From Eledone cirrhosa (lineage: Eukaryota): a stretch of DNA of 64,000 bases. Both the position numbers and the translations under genes were made by a program. Location of the stretch: contig OZ024742.1 in assembly GCA_964016885.1 (NCBI GenBank), forward strand, positions 84,134,001 to 84,198,000. Reading direction: 5' to 3'. The notes beneath the pieces are model-generated. The model had not been told where the DNA came from. It did not search any database and was given only the letters and a program-made list of their open reading frames with translations. Shown here piece by piece: positions 12,514 to 26,000 of this stretch; the stretch's first letter is position 1, and each line of letters opens with the position of its first letter.

Positions 12514-13240
12514 TATATATATATATATATATACAGATTGTGCTCAGAGAGTTGAAGTTTTTTTATGACAGTCTTAAAGCTATTCGATGTTGAACCTATA
12601 TATACTTTCGAAATGTGATTAGCAGTTACAGTACCAGAGTAGATAATGTCTTTAATAAGGCAGTTCTTACTTAATGGGCATGTCTTGTTAGGTCTACAAT
12701 TACAATTGTTTTGGTAACTAGTATACTGGTTAAGGGGGTATGAATTTGAGTCGTTGTTTCTGTTTCTACTTCTAGTATTATGATTATGGTAAGTATTAGT
12801 ACAATTATTATTGGTATTATTAGTATGACTTGCTGTATGTTCCTGTACTGTGTTATTGTTCAGGTTATTTATTTGTTGGACATTATTACTTTGGTGTAAT
12901 CTGAAGAACTTTTTAATCTTTCTCTTGTTGGGTATGTTTGTTGAGACATTTAAGTTGAACGGAGGATTAAAATATGTGTTACTTTTTCTTCTATTCTTCT
13001 TATGGTTGTTATTCATATTATTGTTTTGTGTGGTGTTAGGTACTTTCTTATCTATATTTTTCTTTCTGTGGTTTTTCCTAGGATTATTGCTGTGGTGTGA
13101 GTTAACCTTTTTGATGCCCTCTGTATAGGGGTCGGGATTTTCAATACTATGATTATATTTAATTTTATTCATGGCCATGTTGTGTGAAATTATATTAGGT
13201 TGTCTATGGGTGGTTGACGATCTATGGCCGGAGCCATAGA
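11517..13240 (-). mobile_element. Inverted, internally deleted copy of the adjacent PLE 3' half
   Basis: 11517-11840 is the reverse complement of 16714-17018; ORF 12384-13352 matches the 14900-16050 protein (YFNPPFNLNV, CNCRPNKTCPL, VYIGST). Confidence 0.9.
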
Positions 13241-13534
13241 GATAACATTTTGTTTTGACATTCCCTATGCTCCAATGAATCCAGACTTCCCTCTGGAAGA
13301 AACACTTGTCAGGAAATAAATGTTCTAAACTAAAATTTGATCGTTTTAACACTTTTTATCTCGGCTCTGTAAAACACTTGATAATTTGCATTGAGCCTTT
13401 TGTCGTACCGGTAACCGGCTAGTACTTAGTACTACCCTCCATATTTATAATTTTATTAAATATATATAAATATAACTATTCTTATTATTAATTCTGCTCC
13501 TTCTAGTAGAGCTGACATATATAAAATTACCGGT

Positions 13535-16319
13535 ATGTTGATCAAAGATTATCTTCCTTTGTCTTTAAAGAACATACCTATCCCATCTAAGATACATATG
13601 AAACACTACTGATTAATAGTATCAACTATTTTATTAAAAGAGTTAGATGGAGTTAGGAACCGCGCTGTGAACGAACTGGATGCAACTTCGGTTGAAACAT
13701 ACGGCTTCAAAACATATAAAAGCCCTCCACACAATATCTTACTGGACTCATTTGAAAACGACCTTGTGTCACTTGTTAAAAAAATTAAATACAGGAAATA
13801 CTACATTAAGAACAAAAACTTCCTAAATAACCTAAATTCCACCATAAAAAACTTTAATAAAAATAGGAATATCTTAGTACTATCTGATAAAACTAAAAAT
13901 ATATATAGCCTAGATTATGATGCATATAGAGAATTTATATATAAATAACTTTATATGAACTACAAAAAACATCTCATAAAAACCTGAATGACATAAATAT
14001 TGAAGCCTGTAGTTTAATATGTAAATTAGGACTAGAGAGATATACTCCACCTTACACCCCTAATCCCCCACGATTCTCTCTGAAAGACCATAGGGATGAC
14101 TTCAATACTAACCCCTCAATTAGATTTATTTGCCCATCCAGATCCGACATTGGTATTATTAGTAAACATTTTTTAGATAAAGTAATCCCCCAAATTAAAC
14201 AAAAAATCCATTTTAACCTCTGGGGAAACACTAGTGAAGTAATCGAATGGTTTAATGGTATTAATGAAAATAATAATAAGAAATTTATCCAATTCGATAT
14301 AAACTTTTACTACACCTCTATTTCATCAATCCTTTTAAATAAAGCATTAATAATGGCCATGAATAATAGTGAACTTACTAGATCCCAGGTAGATATAATC
14401 CTTGCGGCCAGGAAAGCAATAATTAAATTTGAAGACCAACTATGGACCCGCAAGAATACACCCAACAACTTTGATATCACCATGGGATCTAGCGACACGG
14501 CACAGGTAACTGACTTAGTTGGTCTATTTCTCTTAAACGAAATACATAAGAACCTACCTTACCTTAACGGTGGTCTCTATCAAGACGATGCACTTTTTCT
14601 CTTAGACTTTAAACAATTTAATATAGAAAGAACTAGAAAACAATTACATAACATATTTAAAACTATAACTTAGGTACCACTTTAGATAAAAACACCCAAA
14701 ATGTTAACTTTCTGGACGTTACTCTCTACTTAGACTCTAAAAAATATAAACTTTTCTATGTTAATACCAACTCTAACAACCCTAAATCTGAATTGACCTC
14801 AATCATTAAAGGTGTATCTAATTGAATCTCTAGTCATTCTTACAACGAGAATACGTTTAACCGTAACTCCCAATACTATAATTAAGCCTTAGCTCGCTCC
14901 GGCCATAGAGATACAATTAAATTTAAACCTAAATCGTCAACCACCCATAGACAAGCTAATATAATTTCACACAACATGGCCATGAATAAAATTAAATATA
15001 ATCATAGTTTAGCAGTGAGTTATATTTAGAGAGTTGTAATGTTGCCACGAGGAACCAGGTTTGGTAGAGAGATATGATAGGAATATCGACAACGACTTTA
15101 GCTTGTTTTTACATTATTTATTAACAAAGGTTAAGAAGTGAATTAAGCTGGCATGCCAAGAATAATGAATTAATTCAATTAAGATTACAAGAGAAAATAC
15201 GGTCGACTGGCTGAGGCGTTTGGCCAGGTCCGCAGTAAAATTGTTGTGTCGTTACATATTGTTTGTGCTTACGGAGAAAAAGAACAAGTGGTGTTTACCT
15301 TAGCATGGTCAAGCTGCAAGTCTTATATTTCTCAAATCTTCGCGGGCTATTTCTCCCTCAGAATGCGTAGGGATACATTCTCTTCCCCTGGCTCTGATTG
15401 GCTGAGCTGAGCCAAATCACGCACAGAGAATGTATGTGAGCCCGCGGAATGTAGGTCACTACAATAGTATTGAAAATCCCGACCCCTATACAGAGAGCAT
15501 AAAAAAAGTTAACTCATACCACAGCAATAATCATAGGAAAAAACACAGAAAGAAAAATATAGATAAAAAGGTACCTAATACCATACAAAACAATAATATG
15601 AATAACAACCATAAGAAGAATAGAAGAAGTAACACATATTTTAATCCTCCGTTCAACTTAAATGTCTCAACAAACATACCTATAGCCAGCACCAACAAGA
15701 GAAAGATTAAAAAGTACTTCAAATTACACCAACGTAATAATGTCCAACATAGAAATAACCTGAACAATAACACAGTACAGGAACATACAGCAAGTCATAC
15801 TAATAATACCAATAATAATGGTACTAATACTTACCATAATCATAATACTAGAAGTAGAAACAGAAACAACCACTGAAATTCATACCCCTTTAACCAGTAT
15901 ACTAGTTACCAAAACAATTGTAATTGTAGACCTAACAAGACATGCCCATTAAGCAAGAACTGCCTTATTAAAGACATTATCTACTCCGGTACTGTAACTG
16001 CTAATCACATCTCGAAAGTATATATAGGTTCAACATCGAAAAGCTTTAAGACCAGATATAATTCATTGGTTCAGAAACCTTAAAATTACCAACGTAACCT
16101 CACGTAAAATCAAGTAATATACCATACACCTTAAAATTGGAAGTGATAGCTAAGGCCCGTTCATATAGACCACCTAACAAATTTTGTAACCTTTGGATCC
16201 TCGAGTCTAGAAATATTATTCATTCTAATCTTAGCCTGCTAAATAGGAAATCAGAGATCTTCTCCACGTGTCCACATTACCATAGATTCTGTTTCCACTA
16301 CTTCAAACCTAGTAGCTAA
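13535..16319 (+). pseudogene. PLE RT + GIY-YIG ORF, disrupted
   Basis: LSLKNIPIPS; SDKTKNIY; FIQFDI..Y; TMGSSDTAQVTDLVGL..GLYQDD; VNFLDVTL; CNCRPNKTCPL; IIY..VYIGST; CNL..E..LLNRKSE; several stops and frameshifts. Confidence 0.9.
15009..15463 (-). mobile_element. Solo LTR inserted in the PLE, 5-bp TSD atagt
   Basis: absent from the inverted copy (KYNHS|IENPDP contiguous there); ends ...gtcactaca; atagt at 15004-15008 and 15464-15468; CCAAT and AATAAA on the minus strand. Confidence 0.75.
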
Positions 16320-16636
16320 TAATAATAAAAATAAAAACCAATGTCGGAGATAATACTATACCACCACCTTTAAATTTATCCAATTAGATCTTCATAAATA
16401 TAGGACTACGCCTTATTTAAAATACCACACTAACCTATATACTGTCAACAAACCCTTGTTTGATCTCTTACCTTATACAATTAAAATATTTAAATAATAT
16501 AGACACTCTAATATACTCTCAATATACAGCACCAACTAAACAGCAGACAACTGTGTATATAACACCAATCCCTCCAGTATATATTATGCAACTCCCTATC
16601 TTGTCATAAATAAATTCAACTCTCTCTGCACAACCC

Positions 16637-16674
<38 letters not shown>

Positions 16675-17109
16675 TCTCACACATATATATATACCTTATA
16701 TTATACACTATCTCTCTAACATATTGCACGCTATCTTAAACATTTCTAACACTTATAACATGCTTTAACATCCCACACGAAATATATTTATTTCAACTGC
16801 ATTATAACTCTTTCCTCATACATGCCTTATTGATTGTATTGACTCCTGCATTGTACCCCCCATAACATTAACTGTTCTCCAATGTTAAGATATCTTATAT
16901 CTTATGTCTATCCTATCCCATATTTTTTCTTGCTTATAAATTTTTGCCTCTTACACTTTCAACCAGTGCTGCCTGTAATTGTGTTCTCTCAAGCATAATA
17001 TATTTTTAACTCCTGACTATCCGCATGATGTCTGTGACACCTACAACACTTATGTATCCTAAATGTTCTGAATGACTAGGATTTTAGTCACATGTTTTGA
17101 CATTCCCTA

Positions 17110-17156
17110 TGCTCCGATGATTCCAGACTTCGCTCAGGAAGAAACAATTGTCAGCA
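17110..17156 (+). ncRNA. Type I hammerhead ribozyme in PLE pLTR
   Basis: TGCT-CCGATGA-TTCC..GGAA-GAAA-CAATTG-TC-AGCA then aataaa; degenerate twin at 13268-13314. Confidence 0.75.
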
Positions 17157-17348
17157 AATAAATGTTCTAAACTAAAATTTGATCGTTTTAACACTTTTAT
17201 CTCGGCTCTGTAAAACACTGGATAATTTGCATTGAGCCTTTTGTCATACCGGTAACCGGGTAGTACTTAGTACTACCCTCCATATTTATAATTGTATTAA
17301 ACATATATAAATATAAATATTCTTATTACTATATATATATATATATAT

Positions 17349-17377
17349 ACTAGCAGAATGGCCCGGCGTTGCTCGGC
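17349..17377 (-). mobile_element. Helitron-like 3' terminus (hairpin plus CTAG|T)
   Basis: minus strand ccgagcaacgccggg...ctagt. Confidence 0.45.
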
Positions 17378-18078
17378 CTTCTAAACATAGATTGGCATGT
17401 TTATCCCTCCTTTCCGAAACTGTACAGAGAAGTACGGAATACCCCGGCCTGGGGATGGTGTCGACATTTTGTGCTTATAAAAAGAATTCGTCGTAGATTA
17501 CCATGGGTTTAACTTAATTGGGTGCCTGAGAGTAAAATGTTCAACCCACGAAAGCCAAGACGATAGGGTTAAGTAAAAAGGCATTCGACAAACCGAACAT
17601 GTATTTGTTGTGCTATGGTACAATGAAAGCAATAGTTTACAGAGTAGTAAGCATGTGGGACTGCAGTGGTGGAGAGCATGAAGGAATTTAGTTGGATACT
17701 TTTAAGGTTACAAAATTCTACCCAATCTGATATAGACCGAACTGTTACATCGGATGCCGAACGCTTCGGAGTTACTATTGGGGTCACCATCAACAATTTC
17801 AAGGGATGTACGTTTAATTAGGGATAATATAGTTAATAAAGAGAGGTAATTCTTTCAAAATACTAAAGAGTTGTCTCTCTTGAACATTGTAGACAACATT
17901 TCCGAACAAACTGACAAACAGGGCTTAACGTTTTAATGAAAAAACGCCTTTAACAACAGAAAATTGAAAAATAAAAGCTGCAGTTAATATCTTTAGACCG
18001 CAAGGAATATATAAATGCAAGTTTGAAGTCAATCGGAGTAGAAATGTTGATTTGTATAGACTTTGCCAAAATTAGGAC

Positions 18079-18197
<119 letters not shown>

Positions 18198-19119
18198 ATT
18201 ATTATCTCTCCAACGAGCGGAATATTGAGAGTAAGTTAAACAATTTTTCACTTTTTATTGTGTTTTTGTTTTGATATGCACTCTTTTTCCTGCTACTAAT
18301 TTTTTCTCTCACTCTTTTAAGTTGAGAATTAGACTGGTTATCTACGCACGTGGCTGACACATCTCAGCTCGCTACTATATTGGTATATAATGGATGATCG
18401 CATTTAAAGTCCGTTAAAGGTTCTTGGCACTACCATTGTTACCATCGCTTTCCTCTAGCCATGGGGCCTGGAGACATGAACCTAATGCTACCATTCTATT
18501 TTATATCAATGTGAACTGCTATTTCTAATAGCCATCTTTTCACCCCTTGATAATTTGTGTATGAGACACGTTGGCTGAGAACTTCTGACAAGAACTAGTA
18601 GATTGATTCTTTTTAGCTTCCCGTCCCCACGTAAAATTTGTAAATCAGTGGCTAGTTGAGAGATAGAGTCCTATCGGTTGCCAGTTAATCGTTTTATCGT
18701 GTCGGTTGTCACAAACAGTCATGACCGGCGCGGGCCGGTGTTTGGATTATGTCGATCGATTGGTTATTGATTAGGCGATACCCGCTGATGAAGCCGCATA
18801 AGCCGATTGTGCATTGTTGCATAATATATGCAGACAGATGGTCAGTGCACCTTACTGCTGCATTAGTGCTGCAGAAACTCGAGTCCGGGAACCTTATAGG
18901 CACCCGTTTTACGTGTGTTGTGTTGAGGCAAATAACTATGTGTATACTCTGGTAATGTATCTTACATTGCCCATTGAGTGCGCTGAGATACAACCGGTAC
19001 TGGCATTGATAAATATGCTGGGTCCGTCAACCCTTATTATATATATATATATATGTCCCTTCCATATACTGTACCGATTGTGTTGATTTTTCTGTTTACC
19101 ATTTACATACATACATATA

Positions 19120-19438
19120 TATATATGTATATAACTTTGTGTATATTCGTTTATGCAAATACGTAATGTAACACCATATACATAAGTATATAAAATAATA
19201 GAGATAGATAGATAGAGGGAGGGATAAATAGGTAGATTGATAGATAAATGTGTGTGTATATTTATATATATATATATATACATAAAACTATATGTATAAA
19301 TATACACACACATATCAAGCTATCTATTTATCCCTCCCTCTCTCTATCTCTCTCTCTGTATGTATTTTATATACTTATGTATATGATGTACGATTACGTA
19401 TTTGCATAAACGAATATACACAAAGTTATATACATATA
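19120..19438. repeat. ~80-bp inverted repeat pair
   Basis: tataactttgtgtatattcgtttatgcaaatacgtaa vs ttacgtatttgcataaacgaatatacacaaagttata. Confidence 0.8.
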
Positions 19439-19974
19439 TTTATTGGATGTGCTTACGCTTTCCTTCATATCTATGATATGACTTTATTTTCTAGTGTCCT
19501 TTCATTTTAGCCATCATTATGTTTCATTATATCATTGGTGTAAACAAGAATTTATTTCATGTTACCGAATATACGTCACACATTTTGCTTCTGCCACATT
19601 CTTGCCAAAAACACTTTTAATTTCCCTTCAAGCCTTCCTTTAACTTCAGGTCTCACAGACTAAAAACCACATTTGTTTGTATGCTTTTCCGATCAGAAGA
19701 AGATATGAATTATGTGCTGGCTATTTCATGTAAATATCCCCCCCCCCACAAACACACACACGTACAAACACGTAGAACCATGCCCTCTTAAACACACACA
19801 TAGATATATGTTAATAAATATACTACATATACTTATAAATAGGTTAATGTCTCTACATCTCTCTCTCTCTATATATATGTAAAAGGTGAACAGAAATAAT
19901 AAAAATAACAAAACAAACGGCACAGTACATAGAAGAAATATATTAGTTTAACGTTTGAAATAGCAGTAAGAGGT

Positions 19975-20010
19975 TCTTAACGTTTCGGTCAGTAGTCCTT
20001 CAACAGAAGA
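19975..20010 (-). ncRNA. Degenerate minimal HHR
   Basis: TCTT-CTGTTGA-aGGactactgaCC-GAAACGT-T-AAGA; one core substitution. Confidence 0.45.
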
Positions 20011-20772
20011 TATAGTTAGAAATAGAAGGAAATAAAAGGTAAAGAGTGATAAAAGAAAGGATCGGGGAAAATGAGAAAAAATAGAAGAGAAGAAAAACTA
20101 AAAAAAACACACGTTCCTGATCAGTCGGCCTTCTTGTGGAGCGGTTAGTCAAATAGTACCTTCGGCGAAAGAGAGGTTAAGGAAGGGAGCTAACCAATGT
20201 ATAGTGAATATGCGTGCGTGTGTTGGTGTGTGTGTGTGTGTGTGTGTGTTGGTGTGTGTGTCTGTGTTGGTGTGTGTGCGTGTTGGTGTGTGTATGTGAG
20301 CTCGTGAAGTTGTGTTCGTATGTTTGAGTCGTGACATGCTGGCAGAGAGAGTGAGAGAGGCTGGATGCTGACGTAAGGGGGAGCATAGGAGTGTAGTTGA
20401 ATTCCTTCAAGCGCGCCCATAAACACACGCAGAACAGCAGACGAGATTTTTGTAGAAAAGAGGAGGTAGTGAAAATGGATGGGCGGCATATTTCATTACC
20501 TCGTATGGTTGTAAGAGAAGTTGCATAACATTGTACACGCGACGATGCAGTCGTACAGACGTAAACGGCTGAGCTGCAAGGTGTGAGGTCATTACGTGGA
20601 TGGATGAAGTCGGGAAGTGGTGGGGACGGAGTAAATGTTAAGAAACATTCACTACCGACGACGCTACAGCCATGACACTGTGTGCCATATGATGTATATA
20701 TGTATATATATTCATATATACATATATATATACATACATACACACGCATGCGCGCGCACACACACACGCATG

Positions 20773-20819
<47 letters not shown>

Positions 20820-20872
20820 GGAGAGGTCAGAGAGAGAGGGAGAGAATTCAGAGAGAGATAGAGAGTGCGTGA

Positions 20873-20941
<69 letters not shown>

Positions 20942-21099
20942 GGATAGAGATAGAGATAGATAGAGAGAAAGAAAATGTTGGAACCTCGGAGTTTGGCAAA
21001 AATAAATAAATAAGAGGGTGGGGGTGATAGGTGAGTATTCTGATATTCGGGAGTGTAAATGTTTGAATGAATGTATTGCTATTCCACTCAAAAGTGACG

Positions 21100-21562
21100 G
21101 AATAGCAACATCACAACTTGTAATTAAGGACAAAATGGAGACATACAGACACGCACAAAAACTAGACTAACAAAACAAATCAGACACACACAGATAGAAC
21201 AAAAAACCAACTAGTGACAAGTAAATAAAAACATAAAGAAATACATAAAAACGCACACACACCCGGATGTAACGCATGCGCAAACTAAGCACACAACACA
21301 TAGCACACAAAAACAAAATGGTGTAGGAGAGAACAAAAGAGAGACACAAAATAAAAACCTAATCATTGAAAGAGTTTTGACAATATATAAACAACCATCC
21401 GGAAACGAAGGAACGAATCAACCAAACATTTATAATAAATTGAAGTGAAAATCAGAGGTGCGTGTGTTTTTATTGGCAGCATGACCCTCCCAAAGTATAA
21501 TAATAACTGTTTCAACACTCGTTTTCAGATAAGAAATCGTGCAAAAGAAATTAAAATACGAA
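21100..21562 (+). mobile_element. PLE 3'UTR/pLTR fragment (family of 7665-8146)
   Basis: reverse-complement match to 7680-8146. Confidence 0.8.
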
Positions 21563-21599
21563 GTATGTGTATATATATATATATATATAAGAAAAAGTA

Positions 21600-21725
21600 T
21601 AACCCCGGCGGCAGAGCTCAAGCCGTTTCGACGGCTATTTCCTATTACCCACTCTACTACCCTAAGTACTGAGCATTCTGGGGCGTTATGGTCCATCTGG
21701 TTCCTTACCATACCTCCTTCGTTAT
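21600..21725 (-). mobile_element. Family B copy lacking one palindrome arm
   Basis: matches 11199-11283 joined to the right arm. Confidence 0.8.
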
Positions 21726-21730
21726 AAATA

Positions 21731-21762
<32 letters not shown>

Positions 21763-21994
21763 ACTATTTATAGTTATGTATATACTATACTATAAACAAC
21801 TATAAACAGGAAAGGTCAGTAATTTATTACTACCTTATTACCAGTAAGAGAAATAGTTCAATGTAAGAACATCAGGTGTTTTACAGAGCATGAATATAAA
21901 TTACACAAATACCAAAGTTATGTTCAAATCATTTAATCGCTGACAGTGTTTCTTCCAAACTTTAGTTTGGATTCATCGGAGCATTATCAATGTT

Positions 21995-22030
<36 letters not shown>

Positions 22031-22698
22031 ATCAGGATAAACTTATCTCTCTCTCTCTATATATATATCTCGCACACACACACAGAAACATATTGAGTGT
22101 GAAAACCGAAGATCATTACTGCTATTTTCTGGATGTGTATATTTTTTATTGGAGAAGGTAAGACATTTTTTTTTATATTCTGTAATCCGTATTTTTACTT
22201 TACAATTTCACTGTCAATTGCATACACAGAAAAAGAGAGGATTTAAAAAAGCAATTATCTAGTAAATATAAAAATTAAATGATAGTATTGTAGTTGTATG
22301 TGGAACCCTTTGTCTCGTCCTGGTGACCAATATTTTTAGACCCAGTCGGCCAATGCATGTGTGTACATTTAGGTGTGTGAGTTTATGCTTATGCATGGGT
22401 ATGTATGTATCTATGGGTTCTTCAGATGTACCTATACTGGCCTGCGCACACATGTAAACACACACACACACACATTAACACACACACACATATACATATA
22501 TATATATATATATATATACCTGTATTTGCATGTACTCGTATGAACAGGCTGGCGAGTTTTTATGCGTGATATTTGATCTGTGTAAGTGTATGGTGATTCG
22601 TACAGGCCCTGGATTGTCGTGCGAGTTACAGTCAGAGCGGGGCTATTTCAGGATGTGGCAAGAAGAACAGAAGTGCTGTGGGATGGGAGCTGAGGTGG

Positions 22699-22814
<116 letters not shown>

Positions 22815-23325
22815 CGAGTATTTTTGTGTTAGTGTGTGTGCGCGAGTATTTTTGTGTTTTTGTGTGTGTATTGGTAGTGAAGTAGTGTAGTGTGAATGTT
22901 TGTGTGGGCTGTATAGTATGCTTGGGTGTTTTAGTATGATTAGTTAGTTAATTAGTAGCGTTCGGAACAATAATATGTGTTTAATTGTCTATGAAGGTGT
23001 TAGTGTGTTGGTGGGTCTTAGGCGCAATGCATGTGAATTGGTGAGATTGAATTGTTATTATAATTGATTAGGTAATTAGTAATCTTAGTAGGATTAAATG
23101 TGTATCATGGTTGTATAGGTGTATGGTTTAAGACGTTCGCTACACAAACACACAATTGCGAGTTCAGTCTCACTGATTACCACGTTGAGAAAGTGTCTTT
23201 TACTATGGCTTCGGGTGGGAAAATGATAGACGTAAACTGTGCGGAATATATATATATAACTGTGCGGAACTTGAACCGTTAAGGTCTGATTCCTGGGTAT
23301 GTCACTATTTATAAAACAAACTTTG

Positions 23326-23386
23326 TATTTTATCTGATGAGAGCGTACCAAAGGTTTGGTACCCTTGAAATATATATAATAGAATA
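23326..23386 (+). ncRNA. Type I hammerhead ribozyme (family F pLTR)
   Basis: TATTTTAT-CTGATGA-GAGCGTACCAAA-gg-TTTGGTACCCTT-GAAA-TATATA-TA-ATAGAATA. Confidence 0.75.
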
Positions 23387-23429
23387 AATATGGTTTTATA
23401 AATATAGTTTCCATTTATTAATATCATAT

Positions 23430-23533
23430 CCCGCCGAGGTTGACTTTGCCTTTCATCCTTACGGGGTCGATAAAATAAAAGTACCAGTAATGCACTGGGT
23501 AATTCGCTGGCCTTGTGCCTAAAGTAGAAACAA
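23430..23533 (+). mobile_element. 5'-truncated SINE with TSD attaatatcatat
   Basis: SINE core; 13-bp flanking direct repeat. Confidence 0.85.
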
Positions 23534-23538
23534 TTAAT

Positions 23539-23616
<78 letters not shown>

Positions 23617-23657
23617 CGAAACATAAGTCAATTGCATGAACTCATAATCCTTTATTT

Positions 23658-23713
23658 ACTGCTCTATATATTTCGATGATAGCCATTGAATGGCTATGAC
23701 CTCATCAGGCAGT
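23658..23713 (-). ncRNA. HHR (family G), cleavage triplet mutated
   Basis: ACTGC-CTGATGA-GGTCATAGCCATT-c-AATGGCTATCATC-GAAATATATAGA-GCAGT. Confidence 0.6.
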
Positions 23714-23771
23714 TAGTCAGTTCTTAGATATGCCAGCTCTGTGTTTATGGTGTTGATGGTATCAGAGCCTT

Positions 23772-23858
<87 letters not shown>

Positions 23859-23905
23859 AAAGGTAAACAGAAATAACAACACAACCGGTACAGTATATAT
23901 ATATG

Positions 23906-23947
<42 letters not shown>

Positions 23948-25778
23948 CATATATATATATATACTGTACCGATTGTGTTGTTATTTCTCTCTAAGTATAT
24001 ATATATACTTAGAGAGAGATATAAGTTGAATTTTAGGAGAAAAAAAAGCAAAATTAAAGCAAAAACAATAGTGTTATAGATAGGAGTGATATGGTTATTT
24101 TCGAAGTCTGAATTTGAAGCAAAACAAGATGGTAAACAAAAAATTAATATCACAGTAAAGTAACAAAAAAGGTGGAAACAACTTTCAGTTTAAATGTCTA
24201 TACTTGTGTGTAAATATCTAACGGTGTAGACGTCTGATATGTATGTAAAATGTCTGTTCGTGTATAAGTGTGTCAATGTGTATGTATATTAGCAAATGTT
24301 GTTATGGGGTCTCTTTATATAATATATATGCAGTAAATATATGCTGTGTATATATATATGTGTTTAAGTGAATATATTTGAAAACATTAGCATCACAATT
24401 CTTCTCACTTAAGATAACATCTTTTGTGACACGGCTGTACGTTTGAACGATGATATATCTCTATTTCCTTCTTTACTTACAAGCGTAACTTTTAATAATG
24501 GCTGTCAACAGCTCCTGATTGTCATGATTCTCCTGATAAACTTTAATAACTAATAGAATGATTAATGAACGCACTAAACAATTACCGGGTTATATCAATT
24601 TCCCCTCTCTTAGTGTTCATTTAATAAAGAGATGAACTAGATTTATGAGGTCGTTGATACTGTTTGTCTGCAAGAAAATTATACCAAGGTGGTCATTTTT
24701 ATCTGACTGATGTGTAATGGTAGTAATATTGGTAGTAAATTATAATCTTAAGCTTCGTCTTATGAAATTTAGCATATTCAGTTATAATTTACATACAATA
24801 AAATCATAATAATGATTTCCAGCTCTATTGCACGAAGTTCAAATTTCTGCAGTTTGTTGCACCAGTACATTAATGTTTCATATCTGCTGAATTCCGGTGA
24901 AATGAAAAGTAGAGTCAGCACTGGTAAAAATAAAGTTGGAAAGGAAAAACAGAAGACGGAACTAAATGCCATAGGTTATTTATTCCGGCATCAACGCAAG
25001 TACATTACAGGTACATATCTAACCGAAGTAGCTCCAGTAGGATTAGATCTGGCCATAAAGGAGACGCAAGCAAATGAATACCAATGGCTGTTTCACTCTA
25101 CACTTTACTGCCTATGTTACTCATTTGCTCTCACAAAACAACAAGTCAGATAACATTTCTCTTCATCTCATAATGTTCATAGACTTCGGATTAAATTTAA
25201 TAGTAAGACGAAGAGATGATAATAGGGATGCTTTTATACTTTTATTGGTTTCAATAATTTGGCTTCGACCATGCTGGGTACTGCATTGTAGAAATTCAGT
25301 CAATTATATTAACCCCAGTAACCATTTAAAACTTTGGTACATACCTTGACGGACTCCTTTTGTCAAACTGCTAAGTTACGTGACATAAAAAACACAGTAA
25401 ATGTAAATAGTAAAGGAGAAAGATACATAAACAGACCCTCACGAACACATGCTCCAGTGACCTCATCACACTTTCCTTCTATTAAAGTTCACTCACAAGG
25501 CTAAGTTCAACCCAAAGTTATGGCAGAAAAGAGTGTGGCAGAAATCCAAACCACGTGAAACAGAACTCCAAAAGATCACAGACATATCTGCTCCTACATA
25601 CTATTCAGATAAACACATATAAGGAAGATGACTCGAGAAAATACTTAGTTCTACAATCGTTGTAGAAGAATATTATTACTCGGAAATCTGTTATATGGTA
25701 TATGTCATGTAAAAGGTCCGACACGCTGGAACCGCGAGAGACAAAGATATAATGGAAGTATTATTTGTATGCAACTTA

Positions 25779-25835
25779 AATAAAGTACCAGTAATGCACT
25801 GGATAATTGCTGGCCTTGTGCCTAAAGTAGAAACA
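25779..25835 (+). mobile_element. Severely 5'-truncated SINE with perfect 19-bp TSD
   Basis: attatttgtatgcaactta at 25760-25778 and 25836-25854. Confidence 0.9.
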
Positions 25836-25869
25836 ATTATTTGTATGCAACTTAGTACGTCCATTTCAG

Positions 25870-25967
<98 letters not shown>

Positions 25968-26000
25968 ATATTAAATAAATGGAAACTATATGTATATATA

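Larger units (their letters stand above)
13251..17329 (+). mobile_element. Near-complete Penelope-like element (Naiad-like) with direct pLTRs 13251-13487 and 17093-17329
   Basis: ~237-bp direct repeats each starting with an HHR; 3' end abuts (TA)n. Confidence 0.9.

Noticed and set aside
18783-18815. CTGATGA hammerhead candidate (also 36308 and 61136)
   Set aside because: No convincing stem II, GAAA and stem I combination
19153-19409. Octamers in the 19.1-19.4 kb inverted repeat as part of the retrozyme pattern
   Set aside because: No HHR at the expected distance; isolated 8-mers occur by chance in AT-rich DNA
24778-25153. Signal-peptide-like ORF or candidate exon
   Set aside because: No recognisable homology or consistent splice structure
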